A stretch of 64,000 bases of DNA from an uncultured Oscillospiraceae bacterium (GTDB lineage Bacteria; Bacillota; Clostridia; Oscillospirales; Acutalibacteraceae), in the NCBI GenBank assembly GCA_900542375.1, contig UQNI01000001.1:2821-66820 (forward strand). Direction: 5' to 3'. Both the position numbers and the translations under genes were made by a program. Under the pieces are notes generated by a model. It was not told the origin of the DNA. It saw only the letters and a program-made list of their open reading frames with translations, and did no database searches. Below are positions 30,761 through 41,550 of this stretch, in pieces (position 1 is the stretch's first letter; each line of letters opens with the position of its first letter).

Positions 30761-30906
30761 GTCGTAATAGAAGGAAATCACTTGTATTTTCTGCTTTATT
30801 ATACTATCATTAAGATAAACATTTTTTAAGAAAATACAGTGATTAAAAATATAATTTAACGTGTTGGTACAGAAACATTCAGGCAAAACAAAGGGGGAAC
30901 AAGTAA

Positions 30907-32166
30907 ATGGAACTGCATGAAAATACAGAGAAACAAGAGCGTGCTTTGTTGGTTGCGGTAGATACAGGAAGTTATGATGTAGAGGCTTCTTTGGCAGAGT
31001 TATATGAACTTACCAAAACTGCGGGCGCAGAGCCCTTTGGAGCCATGACACAAAAAAGACCGGCTTATGAAACTGCTACCTGTGTTGGTTCAGGTATGGT
31101 TCAGGAAATTGCAGATATTTGCCAAAAACAGGAGATTGATTTGTTGATTTTTGACTGCGAATTGTCTCCAACGCAAATACGGAATATAGAGGATATTACA
31201 AATGTCCGAGTGATAGACAGAACGATGCTGATTTTGGATATTTTTGCAGCACGTGCTGTTTCCAAAGAAGGTAAATTGCAAGTGGAATTGGCGCAGCTCA
31301 AATATATGCTGCCCCGTTTAACCGGAAAGGGTACCGCTCTTTCCCGTTTGGGCGGCGGTATTGGTACCAGAGGTCCCGGTGAAACCAAATTGGAAACGGA
31401 CAAGCGTCATATTCATCGAAGAATAGATGCTTTAAAAGAACAGTTGGAACAAGTAGAAAAACATAGAGAGCAAATCAATCGCAGAAGGAAAAAGGACGGT
31501 ACCGTTACAGTAGCGTTGGTGGGCTATACCAACGTTGGGAAAAGTACATTGATGAATTATTTAACGGATGCAGGCGTATTGGCAAAGGATATGCTGTTTG
31601 CAACGCTGGACCCAACTGCGAGAGCTTTGCGCTTGCCTTGCGGAAAAACCGTAATGCTCATAGATACGGTAGGGTTGGTCCGCAGACTTCCGCACCATTT
31701 GGTACAGGCATTTAAATCTACGTTGGAACAGGCAGCAACTGCGGATATTATTTTAAATATTTGTGATGCATCCAGCGTGGAATCACAAGTGCACTTAACT
31801 GTAACCAAAACACTATTGGAAGGGCTGGGCTGTAAAGACAGACCGATTATTCCTGTATTGAATAAATGCGATTTGGTTCCTGAGATTAATCATATGCCAA
31901 TGATTGGCGGTGCAGTGAGAATCAGTGCTGCGACGGGACAAGGTGTTGACCATTTACTGGAGGTCATTGAAGAAAATCTCCCTGTGAAAAATACCAAAGT
32001 AGAATTGTTATTGCCGTTTTCCAAAAGTGGCCTTGCAGCTGAAATTCGCAAAGATGGTACTGTACTGCAAGAAGAGTATGTTGAAGAAGGTCTGCATCTT
32101 GTTGCAATGGTTACTCCTGACTTATTGCAGCAGGTATTGCCTTATGCAATTTTGGGAGAAGAATAA
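30907..32166 (+). CDS. hflX: GTPase HflX
   Basis: HflX N-domain (LQVELAQLKYMLPRL, GGGIGTRGPGETKLE) and G domain (GYTNVGKST, DTVG, NKCD). Confidence 0.95.
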   Translation: MELHENTEKQERALLVAVDTGSYDVEASLAELYELTKTAGAEPFGAMTQKRPAYETATCVGSGMVQEIADICQKQEIDLLIFDCELSPTQIRNIEDITNVRVIDRTMLILDIFAARAVSKEGKLQVELAQLKYMLPRLTGKGTALSRLGGGIGTRGPGETKLETDKRHIHRRIDALKEQLEQVEKHREQINRRRKKDGTVTVALVGYTNVGKSTLMNYLTDAGVLAKDMLFATLDPTARALRLPCGKTVMLIDTVGLVRRLPHHLVQAFKSTLEQAATADIILNICDASSVESQVHLTVTKTLLEGLGCKDRPIIPVLNKCDLVPEINHMPMIGGAVRISAATGQGVDHLLEVIEENLPVKNTKVELLLPFSKSGLAAEIRKDGTVLQEEYVEEGLHLVAMVTPDLLQQVLPYAILGEE

Positions 32167-32180
32167 TTGGTGTTGATTTG

Positions 32181-32603
32181 ATGATACGAATATTAAAACC
32201 AAGCGATATTGATGCTGTAATGAATATTTGGTTGAGTTCCAATATACAAGCGCATTCTTTTATACCAAGGGAATATTGGATGAAATATTTTGGGCAAGTA
32301 AAAGAAATGTTGCCGGATGCTACCGTATATGTATATGAAGATAATGGTTCTGTACAGGGCTTTATAGGATTGACAAAGAATTATATTGAAGGAATTTTTG
32401 TAGAGGAATCTATGCGTGGTAAGGGGATAGGAACACAATTATTAAATCTTGCAAAACAACTTTGTTCTTCTCTTACGTTACAGGTGTATGAGAAAAATCA
32501 ATCCGCACTGCGGTTCTACTTCAAAGAGGGATTTCAAATCAAAAAGAAACAAATGGATTCTGAAACAGGTCAGATGGACTTTACTATGGAATGGAGTATG
32601 TAG
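32181..32603 (+). CDS. GNAT-family N-acetyltransferase
   Basis: Acetyl-CoA motif VEESMRGKGIGTQLL. Confidence 0.85.
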   Translation: MIRILKPSDIDAVMNIWLSSNIQAHSFIPREYWMKYFGQVKEMLPDATVYVYEDNGSVQGFIGLTKNYIEGIFVEESMRGKGIGTQLLNLAKQLCSSLTLQVYEKNQSALRFYFKEGFQIKKKQMDSETGQMDFTMEWSM

Positions 32604-32679
32604 TTTTTTCTCTTCACCAAATCGCAGCATTTCTATTTCATGAATGAAAAAAGAGTATGGGTGTAGTCCATACTCTTTT

Positions 32680-33276
32680 TTATAGATGATATTGTGTTTT
32701 TACCATTTCACGAATTTCTTCAAATGTTTTTATATTCTCAGGAGGTATCGTATGAGATTGGATATGCTTCTCCATCCAAACAATATCATACCAGCGGTGA
32801 AACTTATAGCCGCATTGCGCACATGTTCCTACTTGACGATAGCCAAGACGTTGATGGAATAACATACTGTCTTTTGTTAGATGAAGGTCTTCTTCAGTTG
32901 TGTCAGCAATACAAGCATACAAATTTGTGATGTTTTGAAGGCTTAAAATAGTTTCCAATGTTTGATACAATTTTTTTCCTATCCCCATTTTTTTCGCTGT
33001 TTTCTTTACATAAATGGAAACCTCAACTGCCCATTGATAAGCACAGCGTTCCCGAAAGAGGCTTGCATAAGTATAACCTACAATTTCATTGTCTATTTCA
33101 GCGACAAGATACGGATATGTTTGCAGCGTATTGGAGATACGTTGTTCAAATTCTTGTACAGAAGGCACGGTATATTCAAATGTAATTGCTGTATTTTCTA
33201 CATATGGTGCATAAATATCCAATAATGCAGCGGCATCCTGTATAGTTGCAATACGCAGCTTGACTTGTTTGTCCAT
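32680..33276 (-). CDS. GNAT-family N-acetyltransferase (phosphinothricin acetyltransferase-like)
   Basis: IRIATIQDAAALLDIYAPYVENTAITFE ... MGIGKKLY, a PAT/YwnH-like pattern. Confidence 0.85.
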   Translation of the reverse strand: MDKQVKLRIATIQDAAALLDIYAPYVENTAITFEYTVPSVQEFEQRISNTLQTYPYLVAEIDNEIVGYTYASLFRERCAYQWAVEVSIYVKKTAKKMGIGKKLYQTLETILSLQNITNLYACIADTTEEDLHLTKDSMLFHQRLGYRQVGTCAQCGYKFHRWYDIVWMEKHIQSHTIPPENIKTFEEIREMVKTQYHL

Positions 33277-33525
33277 GAGATAACTCCTCTGTTTTTATCA
33301 TTGTATTTATTATAATAGAAAGAAATTTACTGTGCAATTCTTATCATACCAATTTTCAAATACTCTCTTAACAGTTAAATATAGTTTTCTGTTAGGAGGT
33401 GGTGTCATATAATAGAAGGAATCACGTATTTGTCTGGCTGAAAACAAGTGATTTCTAAGAGTGTGATATGAAAAATGTACAAGCATATAGTATCTGAAAT
33501 AAGGTTAAAATAAAAATCAGTTACT

Positions 33526-33565
33526 AAAAAAGCCTTGCTTATTTTAAATAAGCAAGGCTTTTTTT
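33526..33565. terminator. Bidirectional-looking terminator hairpin
   Basis: aaaaaa-gccttgcttatt-ttaa-aataagcaaggc-ttttttt. Confidence 0.7.
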
Positions 33566-33605
33566 AATGAATACGATATTTAGATATTCTAATAAAAATG
33601 GTGAA

Positions 33606-34112
33606 TCAGTCTTGTTTTAGTATGGTTACAATATCACCAACAAACACTTCGTGATAATCTTTTTCTTTATAGAATGTTTCATCAATGGTGCTATCTATAA
33701 ATGAGCTGGGCTCCATTTTTTGTTTGGACATCTTTTTGCAGATGAAAACCAGTTTTGCTTCAGCGTAATAAGGCGCCTCTTGGTCAAACATGACGGTCAG
33801 ACCGGTTTCTTTATCTTTGTCTATATCTCTGCCGGATTTGGTACCGCATAGTTTTAATGCAGGCTTATAGGTTTCATCGAATACACATAATGAATAGTAC
33901 TCTTCACGGTCCATAAATTCCATAGTATAACGCTGTGGACGTACCAAAACGTAAGTGACATTTTTTCTCCACAGCACGCCCAATCCGCCCCAGCTGACGG
34001 TCATGGTGTTATGTTTATCTTCATTTCCGGCGGTTAATAACATCCATTCTGTTCCAATGGTTGTAAAAGGATTTAGTTCCAATGTTTTTGGATCAATTGG
34101 TTTTAAAGACAT
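33606..34112 (-). CDS. Flavin reductase-like domain protein
   Basis: ATG at 34112 preceded by GGAGGG. The NTMTVSWGGLG pattern is typical of the Flavin_Reduct family. Confidence 0.8.
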   Translation of the reverse strand: MSLKPIDPKTLELNPFTTIGTEWMLLTAGNEDKHNTMTVSWGGLGVLWRKNVTYVLVRPQRYTMEFMDREEYYSLCVFDETYKPALKLCGTKSGRDIDKDKETGLTVMFDQEAPYYAEAKLVFICKKMSKQKMEPSSFIDSTIDETFYKEKDYHEVFVGDIVTILKQD

Positions 34113-34303
34113 GTTTATACCCTCCATATCGTTGTTTATCAATTTTTATACAATCGTAACCTTATTTATTATATTACAGATTCTCAGTAAAGTTTGCAAC
34201 TGTTCGCTATGAATTCTCAGTTTCTTTTCAAATGTATTGCATTTTCTACAAGGAAACCGTAAAAATCATATGAATTTTGTCATGATGTGAAAATTTTATC
34301 AAA

Positions 34304-34321
34304 ACTGAATAATTATGCATT
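34304..34321 (+). promoter_or_regulatory. Candidate ARG box (ArgR/AhrC operator)
   Basis: ACTGAATAATTATGCATT against consensus TNTGAATWWWWATTCANW (mismatches at the first position and in the second half-site, ATGCA for ATTCA). Abuts the -35 of the arg promoter. Confidence 0.45.
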
Positions 34322-34327
34322 GTATGC

Positions 34328-34355
34328 TTGTAATATACAATCAGAAGCGTATAAT
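34328..34355 (+). promoter_or_regulatory. Sigma-A-type promoter of the arg operon
   Basis: TTGTAA-16 nt-TATAAT, ~40 nt upstream of the argG ATG. Confidence 0.45.
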
Positions 34356-34395
34356 AATACTTATATTTCAATAACGGATAAAAAGGAGCATAGAT

Positions 34396-35613
34396 ATGGC
34401 ACAACAAATTAAAAAAGTAGTACTTGCATATTCAGGAGGTTTGGATACCTCTATCATTATTCCATGGCTGAAAGAAAACTATGACAATTGCGAAGTAATC
34501 GCAGTTTCCGCTGACCTTGGTCAAGAAGATGAATTGGAAGGCCTAAACGAAAAAGCAATCAAAACAGGCGCTTCTAAATTGTACATTGAAGACATGAGAA
34601 AAGAATTGATTGAAGAATATATTTGGCCTACTTTAAAAGCAAACGCTGCTTATGAGGGCAGATATTTATTAGGTACTTCTTTTGCAAGACCTTTGATTGC
34701 AAAAAGACTGGTTGAAATTGCAAAAAAAGAAGGTGCAGACGCAATTTGCCACGGTTGCACAGGAAAAGGTAACGACCAAGTTCGTTTTGAGTTGTCCATT
34801 CGTGCATTTGACCCGGATATTAAAATCATTGCTCCTTGGAGAGAGTGGGATATCAAATCCAGAGAAGAAGAAATCGACTATGCAGAGGCTCACAATATTC
34901 CTTTGAAAATTACAAGGGAAACCAACTATTCCAAAGATAAAAACCTATGGCACTTATCTCATGAAGGATTGGATTTGGAAGACCCTGCAAACGAACCAAA
35001 ATATAATGAAATTTTAGAGTTAGGCGTTTCTCCGGAACAGGCTCCGGATGTAGCAACTTATGTAACCATTCACTTTGAAAAAGGAATTCCAACTGCAATT
35101 GACGGCGTTAACATGAATGCTCTTGAAGTTATGGCAAAATTAAATCAATTGGGCGGCGCAAACGGTATTGGTATTGCGGATATTTTAGAGAACAGATTGG
35201 TTGGCATGAAATCCCGCGGTGTTTATGAAACTCCCGGCGGTACTATTTTGTATCATGCACACAATAAATTGGAAGAAATGTGCTTGGATAAAGATACCTT
35301 CCATTATAAACAACAAGTTGCTATTACCTTCGGTGAATTGGTATACGACGGTAAATGGTATACTCCATTAAGAGAAGCTTTATCCGCATTTGTAGACAGC
35401 ACTCAGGAATATGTAACAGGCGATGTCAAACTGAAATTGTACAAAGGCAATATCATTGATGCAGGTATGACATCTCCATATTCTCTATATGATGAAGATA
35501 CCGCAACCTTTGATGAAGATGAAGTTTACAATCAAGCAGACGCTGCAGGTTTCATTAACTTGTTTGGTTTGTCTATGAAAATCCAGGCAAAAAAAGGACG
35601 TAAATTCAATTAA
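34396..35613 (+). CDS. argG: Argininosuccinate synthase
   Basis: [13 protein letters not shown]-terminus and full-length ArgG pattern. Confidence 0.97.
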   Translation: MAQQIKKVVLAYSGGLDTSIIIPWLKENYDNCEVIAVSADLGQEDELEGLNEKAIKTGASKLYIEDMRKELIEEYIWPTLKANAAYEGRYLLGTSFARPLIAKRLVEIAKKEGADAICHGCTGKGNDQVRFELSIRAFDPDIKIIAPWREWDIKSREEEIDYAEAHNIPLKITRETNYSKDKNLWHLSHEGLDLEDPANEPKYNEILELGVSPEQAPDVATYVTIHFEKGIPTAIDGVNMNALEVMAKLNQLGGANGIGIADILENRLVGMKSRGVYETPGGTILYHAHNKLEEMCLDKDTFHYKQQVAITFGELVYDGKWYTPLREALSAFVDSTQEYVTGDVKLKLYKGNIIDAGMTSPYSLYDEDTATFDEDEVYNQADAAGFINLFGLSMKIQAKKGRKFN

Positions 35614-35640
35614 GGATAATCCATAAGGAGGGCTCCCGGC

Positions 35641-37014
35641 ATGAAGCTATGGGCAGGACGTTTTTCAAAAGAGATTGATCAAAAAACAAATGACTTTAAC
35701 TCTTCCATAAAATTCGACAGCCGAATGATTGAGGAAGATATCAAGGGCAGCATTGCCCATGCAACCATGTTAGGTGCTTGCGGAATTATTGAGCAATCAG
35801 AAGCAGAACTAATTTGTAAAGAGCTGGAACAAATTTATAAAGATATTCAGAACGAAACATTACCTATTGACCCAAATGCGGAAGATGTACACACCTTTGT
35901 AGAAGGAGAGTTGACTCAGCGTATTGGTGTTTCCGGAAAACGTCTGCATACTGCACGCAGCCGTAACGACCAAGTGGCATTGGATGTACGTTTATACTTG
36001 AAAAAGGAATGTGATGCATTATATAGCCAAATTGAAGAATTGGTAACAGTGCTTTGTAAAAAGGCGATGACTCATAAAGGCGATGTTATGCCGGGATATA
36101 CCCACTTACAGCGTGCGCAGCCCATTACATTTGGTCATCACTTAATGGCTTATGCAGAGATGTTCCTGCGTGACCTTGGCCGTTTGAAAGATGCCAAAGC
36201 GCGTATGGACGAACTTCCGTTGGGAGCGGGTGCATTGGCAGGTACTACGTATCCGTTAAACCGAAGTATGACTGCTGAATTATTGGGCTTTTCCAGAGTC
36301 ACCAATAACAGTTTGGACAGTGTTGCAGACCGTGATTTCTGTGTAGAAATTGCTTCTGCCATTGCGTTGGCTATGGTGCACCTATCTCGTTTTTCAGAAG
36401 AAATTATTTTATGGTGTTCTTGGGAATTTAAATTTGTGGAGTTGGACGACGCCTTTTCTACAGGTTCCAGCATTATGCCGCAAAAGAAAAATCCAGATAT
36501 TGCTGAATTGGTACGCGGTAAATCCGGCCGAGTCATTGGTGATGTTGTTACATTATTAACCATGCTGAAGGGATTACCTTTGGCCTATAACAAGGACATG
36601 CAAGAAGACAAAGAGGCAATTTTTGACGCAGTAGATACCTTAAGAATGTGCCTCACTGCATTTATTCCTATGGTAGATACTATGAAAGTGTTGCCTGAAA
36701 ATATGCGCAATGCCGCAGCACGTGGATTTATTAATGCCACAGACTGTGCAGATTACTTGGTGAATAAAGGTTTAGCATTCCGCGATGCCTATAAAATAAC
36801 CGGCACTTTGGTTGCACAATGCATTGAGCGAAACTTAACATTGGAAACATTGCCATTGGAAGATTATAAAGCGGTATGTGATACCTTTGATGAAGGTATT
36901 TATGATGCAATCTCTTTGGAACGCTGTGTAAACGGACGCAATGTTTTGGGTGCTCCTGCTCCTGAAAATGTAGAGATGCAGGCAAAACGAGTATTGAACT
37001 TGCTGGGAAAATAA
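35641..37014 (+). CDS. argH: Argininosuccinate lyase
   Basis: MKLWAGRFSK N-terminus and fumarate-lyase signature GSSIMPQKKNPD. Confidence 0.97.
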   Translation: MKLWAGRFSKEIDQKTNDFNSSIKFDSRMIEEDIKGSIAHATMLGACGIIEQSEAELICKELEQIYKDIQNETLPIDPNAEDVHTFVEGELTQRIGVSGKRLHTARSRNDQVALDVRLYLKKECDALYSQIEELVTVLCKKAMTHKGDVMPGYTHLQRAQPITFGHHLMAYAEMFLRDLGRLKDAKARMDELPLGAGALAGTTYPLNRSMTAELLGFSRVTNNSLDSVADRDFCVEIASAIALAMVHLSRFSEEIILWCSWEFKFVELDDAFSTGSSIMPQKKNPDIAELVRGKSGRVIGDVVTLLTMLKGLPLAYNKDMQEDKEAIFDAVDTLRMCLTAFIPMVDTMKVLPENMRNAAARGFINATDCADYLVNKGLAFRDAYKITGTLVAQCIERNLTLETLPLEDYKAVCDTFDEGIYDAISLERCVNGRNVLGAPAPENVEMQAKRVLNLLGK

Positions 37015-37044
37015 CCGGCACAATGGTGAAAGGCAGGCAAATCA

Positions 37045-38082
37045 ATGGAAATTAAAGTTGGAGTTGTCGGCGCAACCGGATATGCAGGCGCCGAATTGGT
37101 AAGACTTTTATTAAACCACCCTTATGCAAAGCTGACTGCAATCAGTTCAGTTACCTTTGAAGGGCAAAAAATAAGTGAGGTATATCCTTCTTATCTTGGA
37201 TTATGCGATATGGTTTGCAAAACTCAGGAGGAAGTGGTGGAAAAATGCGACGTTGTATTTGCAGCATTGCCGCATGGATTATCTCAAGAATTGGCAGCAG
37301 CCTGTGCCAAACGTATGAAATTCTTTATTGATTTAGGCGCTGATTTCCGCTTGGAAGATGAAGAAACTTATAAAACTTGGTATGGCTGTGAATTTCTTGA
37401 TAAAGCGTTGCATGAGCAAGCTGTATATGGACTGCCGGAACTGTTCCGTCCATTTATCAGAGGAAAAAGCTTAATTGCAAATCCGGGTTGTTATGCAACA
37501 GCAGTTCCTTTGGCCATTGTGCCTGCCATGGAAGCGGGTTTGATTGAAACAGACCATATCATTGCGGACTGCAAATCCGGAACAACAGGCGCGGGCAGAA
37601 AACCTACCCAAACCACTCATTTTCCGGACTGTAATGAGAGCTTTACCGCATATAAGGTAGCTGCTCACCGTCATACGCCGGAGATAGAACAAACATTATC
37701 TTGTTATGCTCCAAATCCGGTAAAATTAACGTTTGTTCCGCACTTGCTTCCGGTTAGCCGTGGTATTCTGGCAACATGCTATGCTACACTAAGAGAGGGT
37801 GTAACAGAAGAGCAAGTTCGTTATGTGTATGGACGACGTTATCAACAGGAATACTTTGTACGTATGCTGCCAAAAGGCAGTGTAGCCAATATTAAACATG
37901 TGCAGTATACCAACTTCTGTGATATTTCCGTCCATGTAGATGAGCACGCAAACACTCTGGTTGCCATTTCTGCCATTGATAATATGGTGAAAGGCGCTGC
38001 CGGTCAGGCAATTCAAAACATGAATTTGGTATTGGGCTTGGAAGAAAAAACAGGTCTTACATTAATTCCACCGGCATTTTAA
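37045..38082 (+). CDS. argC: N-acetyl-gamma-glutamyl-phosphate reductase
   Basis: VGVVGATGYAGAEL, active-site region NPGCYAT. Confidence 0.96.
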   Translation: MEIKVGVVGATGYAGAELVRLLLNHPYAKLTAISSVTFEGQKISEVYPSYLGLCDMVCKTQEEVVEKCDVVFAALPHGLSQELAAACAKRMKFFIDLGADFRLEDEETYKTWYGCEFLDKALHEQAVYGLPELFRPFIRGKSLIANPGCYATAVPLAIVPAMEAGLIETDHIIADCKSGTTGAGRKPTQTTHFPDCNESFTAYKVAAHRHTPEIEQTLSCYAPNPVKLTFVPHLLPVSRGILATCYATLREGVTEEQVRYVYGRRYQQEYFVRMLPKGSVANIKHVQYTNFCDISVHVDEHANTLVAISAIDNMVKGAAGQAIQNMNLVLGLEEKTGLTLIPPAF

Positions 38083-38168
38083 TTGTAATTTATCATACAA
38101 GCATAACCCTGTTGCGATGCCGCAGCGGGGATTTATGTCCTATAAAGAATATATGATGGAGGCAGCAT

Positions 38169-39389
38169 ATGACATTTCATATCATAGAAGGCGGCGTTAC
38201 AGCAGCAAAAGGATTTCAGGCTTCGGGAATTCATTGTGGTATCCGCAAAAATCGCAGCAAAGCAGACCTTGCTTTGATTTACAGTGATGTGCCCTGTGCA
38301 GCGGCAGCTGTGTATACACAAAACTTAGTAAAAGGCGCTCCCATTGCGGTTACCAAACGCAACATTGCAGACGGTATGGCACGAGCTGTGATTTGTAACA
38401 GCGGCAATGCCAATACCTGCAATGCGGACGGAGAAGAAAAAGCACAGAAAATGTGTGATTTGATTGCAGCAGAACTGCATATTGATGCAAGCGACGTGAT
38501 TGTAGCATCGACAGGCGTGATTGGTCAGGTACTGCCCATTGAACCGATTGCAAATTCGGTAAAAACATTAGCAGAAGCGTTAAGTGCAACAGGTTCCAAT
38601 GATGCGGCAAAAGCAATTATGACGACAGATACGGTAGAAAAAGAATATGCACTTGAGGTGGAACTGGACGGTAAAACGGTAACCATAGGCGGCATTACAA
38701 AAGGTTCCGGTATGATTCACCCGAACATGGCAACCATGCTTGGTTTCTTATCGACAGATGCCTCTATTACGCCGGAACTGTTGAACGAGGCACTGCACAC
38801 AGCCATTGAGGATACTTTCAATATGGTAAGTGTGGACGGAGATACCTCTACCAATGATATGGTGTCCGTTATGGCGTCCGGTTTGGCAGAAAACCAAACC
38901 ATTACAGAAAAAAATCATGATTATGAATTGTTTACACAAGCATTGACAGAAGTTTGCGCAGTGTTGTCCCGTAAAATTGCAAAGGACGGTGAAGGTGCAA
39001 CCAGATTATTGGAATGCGCTGTCACAGGGGCAAAAACAAAAGAGGATGCAAGAACAGTTGCAAAATCCGTGATTTGTTCTAATTTGCTGAAATGCGCTAT
39101 TTTTGGCGCCGATGCAAACTGGGGAAGAGTGCTGTGCGCAATTGGTTATTCAGGTGCCAATATTAATATTAATGGTGTGGATGTTGCATTTGAATCCAAA
39201 CAAGGACGTATTGAAGTATGCAAAAACGGTGCAGGTTTGCCTTTTGATGAGGATATTGCCAAGAAAATTCTTTTAGAGGACGACATTATTGTAGCGGTAA
39301 CTTTGCATGAAGGTAGCGAATGCGCAACTGCATATGGTTGTGATTTGACTTATGATTATGTAAAAATTAACGGCGATTACAGAAGCTGA
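38169..39389 (+). CDS. argJ: Bifunctional ornithine acetyltransferase / N-acetylglutamate synthase
   Basis: ArgJ pattern including the autoprocessing site region ATMLGFLSTDA. Confidence 0.96.
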   Translation: MTFHIIEGGVTAAKGFQASGIHCGIRKNRSKADLALIYSDVPCAAAAVYTQNLVKGAPIAVTKRNIADGMARAVICNSGNANTCNADGEEKAQKMCDLIAAELHIDASDVIVASTGVIGQVLPIEPIANSVKTLAEALSATGSNDAAKAIMTTDTVEKEYALEVELDGKTVTIGGITKGSGMIHPNMATMLGFLSTDASITPELLNEALHTAIEDTFNMVSVDGDTSTNDMVSVMASGLAENQTITEKNHDYELFTQALTEVCAVLSRKIAKDGEGATRLLECAVTGAKTKEDARTVAKSVICSNLLKCAIFGADANWGRVLCAIGYSGANININGVDVAFESKQGRIEVCKNGAGLPFDEDIAKKILLEDDIIVAVTLHEGSECATAYGCDLTYDYVKINGDYRS

Positions 39390-39423
39390 TTTAGAATATT
39401 GTAAAATAGGAAAAGGATGTCAT

Positions 39424-40281
39424 ATGAATATTTCCAATAACGATAGAGCTCAAATTTTAGCTCAGGCTTTACCCTATATTCAAAAATATGCGGGAAAAAC
39501 CATTGTAGTAAAATATGGCGGCAACGCTATGATTAATGAGGAGATTAAATCTGCTGTTATGACTGATATTGTATTGATGCAGTCTGTTGGCATCAATGTC
39601 GTATTGGTACACGGCGGTGGTCCTGAAATTAATACCATGTTAAGCCGTGTGGGCAAAGAAAGCAAATTTATTGGCGGTTTGCGTTATACGGATGAAGAAA
39701 CCATGGAAATTGCACAAATGGTTTTGGCAGGAAAAGTAAATAAAGACTTGGTTCAGCATTTGGAAAATCACAGTGGTAAAGCCATCGGGCTTTGCGGTTT
39801 GGACGGCTCTATGATTCAGGCGCGTAAATTGGAAAGCGGCGCTGACCTTGGTTATGTAGGTGAAATTGTAAGGGTAAATACTAAAATTATCACAGACGCA
39901 ACCAACAATGGTTATGTGCCGATTATTGCTACCATTGCCGGTGGTGTGAACGGAGAAGTGTATAACATTAATGCAGACATCGCTGCCGCCCGCATTGCAG
40001 CCGAATTGGGAGCACGAAAGCTGATTCTCATGACAGATATTCGTGGATTATTAAAAGACAAAGATGACGAAAGTACACTGATTCCCGTTGTCAATGTCAG
40101 CGAAGTACCAAGATTACAACGCAGCGGTATTATCAGCGGCGGTATGATTCCTAAAATTGATTGCTGTGTGGAGGCAGTCCGCCGCGGTGTGCATCGTGCG
40201 CATATCTTGGATGGAAGAATTCCACACTCTATTTTAATCGAACTGTTTTCCGATGAAGGTATTGGAACCATGTTATATTAA
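39424..40281 (+). CDS. argB: Acetylglutamate kinase
   Basis: VVKYGGNAM, VLVHGGGP. Confidence 0.96.
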   Translation: MNISNNDRAQILAQALPYIQKYAGKTIVVKYGGNAMINEEIKSAVMTDIVLMQSVGINVVLVHGGGPEINTMLSRVGKESKFIGGLRYTDEETMEIAQMVLAGKVNKDLVQHLENHSGKAIGLCGLDGSMIQARKLESGADLGYVGEIVRVNTKIITDATNNGYVPIIATIAGGVNGEVYNINADIAAARIAAELGARKLILMTDIRGLLKDKDDESTLIPVVNVSEVPRLQRSGIISGGMIPKIDCCVEAVRRGVHRAHILDGRIPHSILIELFSDEGIGTMLY

Positions 40282-40332
40282 ATCCATTCTTTCAAAGCGG
40301 CATCTTTGGAAGAATGCAAAGGAGAGATTACC

Positions 40333-41511
40333 ATGCATTTTTTAGATATTAAAGAACAAGAAAAGAAGAATATGATGCCAACTTACGGCCGCTTTGAAGT
40401 TGCGATTGTGAAAGGAAAAGGCGTTGTTGCACAGGACAGCGAAGGAAAATCTTATATTGATTTTACAAGCGGTATTGGTGTCAATGCCCTTGGTTTTTGT
40501 GATGATCAATGGATTGCTGCTATTACAAAGCAGGCTTCCACATTACAGCATATTTCCAATTTGTATTACAATCCTGCGCAGACCAATTTGGCTCAAAAAC
40601 TTTGTGAATTATCCGGTTTCAGTAAAGTGTTTTTCAGCAATTCCGGTGCGGAAGCAAATGAATGCGCTATTAAATTAGCAAGAAAATACAGTACGGATAA
40701 ATACAATGAGAACAGAACTAAAATCATCACGTTGGTGAATTCTTTCCATGGAAGAACGGTTACAACTCTGGCGGCAACAGGTCAGGATACGTTCCATCAT
40801 TATTTTAATCCATTTACGGAGGGCTTTACATATGCGCAGGCAAACGATATCGAGAGTGTAAAATCGTTACTGGATGAAAATACCTGCGCTGTGTTTATAG
40901 AAATGATTCAAGGTGAAGGCGGTGTTATGCCTTTAGAACCTCATTTTGTAAAAGAACTGGAAAAGCTGTGCAAAAAGCATGACGTACTGCTTATGGTAGA
41001 CGAAGTACAAACCGGTATGGGAAGAACAGGTACTCTGTTTTGTTATGAACAATATGGCATTGAGCCAGATGTGATTACATCTTCAAAAGCGCTTGGCGGT
41101 GGATTGCCCATTGGTGCGTGTCTGTGTACCGAACGCTTGGGAGACGTACTGAACAGCGGTATGCATGGTTCTACCTTTGGTGGAAACCCTGTTGCATGTG
41201 CAGGCGCCTTAAGTGTGTTGGAACGTGTATCAGATGAGACATTTTTACAGGAAGTAAAAGCTAAGGGTGAATATATGCAGCAAAAGCTGTCCGAGATGGA
41301 AGGTGTTGCCGAAGTAAGAGGCATTGGCATGATGATTGGAATTGTGCTGGAAAAAGGAACAGCCAAAGATGTAGCAGCTGCATGTATTGAACATGGTCTG
41401 CTGGTGCTGACCGCAAAAACACTGGTACGTCTGTTGCCTCCGCTTACCATCACCTTTGAAGAAATTGATAAGGGCTTGGCAATATTGGAAAAAGTTATCA
41501 AACAGGCTTAA
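40333..41511 (+). CDS. argD: Acetylornithine aminotransferase
   Basis: ATG after AAAGGAGAG. Class III aminotransferase motifs (FFSNSGAEANE, DEVQTGMGRTG, SSKALGGG). Confidence 0.95.
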   Translation: MHFLDIKEQEKKNMMPTYGRFEVAIVKGKGVVAQDSEGKSYIDFTSGIGVNALGFCDDQWIAAITKQASTLQHISNLYYNPAQTNLAQKLCELSGFSKVFFSNSGAEANECAIKLARKYSTDKYNENRTKIITLVNSFHGRTVTTLAATGQDTFHHYFNPFTEGFTYAQANDIESVKSLLDENTCAVFIEMIQGEGGVMPLEPHFVKELEKLCKKHDVLLMVDEVQTGMGRTGTLFCYEQYGIEPDVITSSKALGGGLPIGACLCTERLGDVLNSGMHGSTFGGNPVACAGALSVLERVSDETFLQEVKAKGEYMQQKLSEMEGVAEVRGIGMMIGIVLEKGTAKDVAAACIEHGLLVLTAKTLVRLLPPLTITFEEIDKGLAILEKVIKQA

Positions 41512-41550
41512 AATGATGATAAAACAGAACAGATTGAAGGGAGACTGGAT

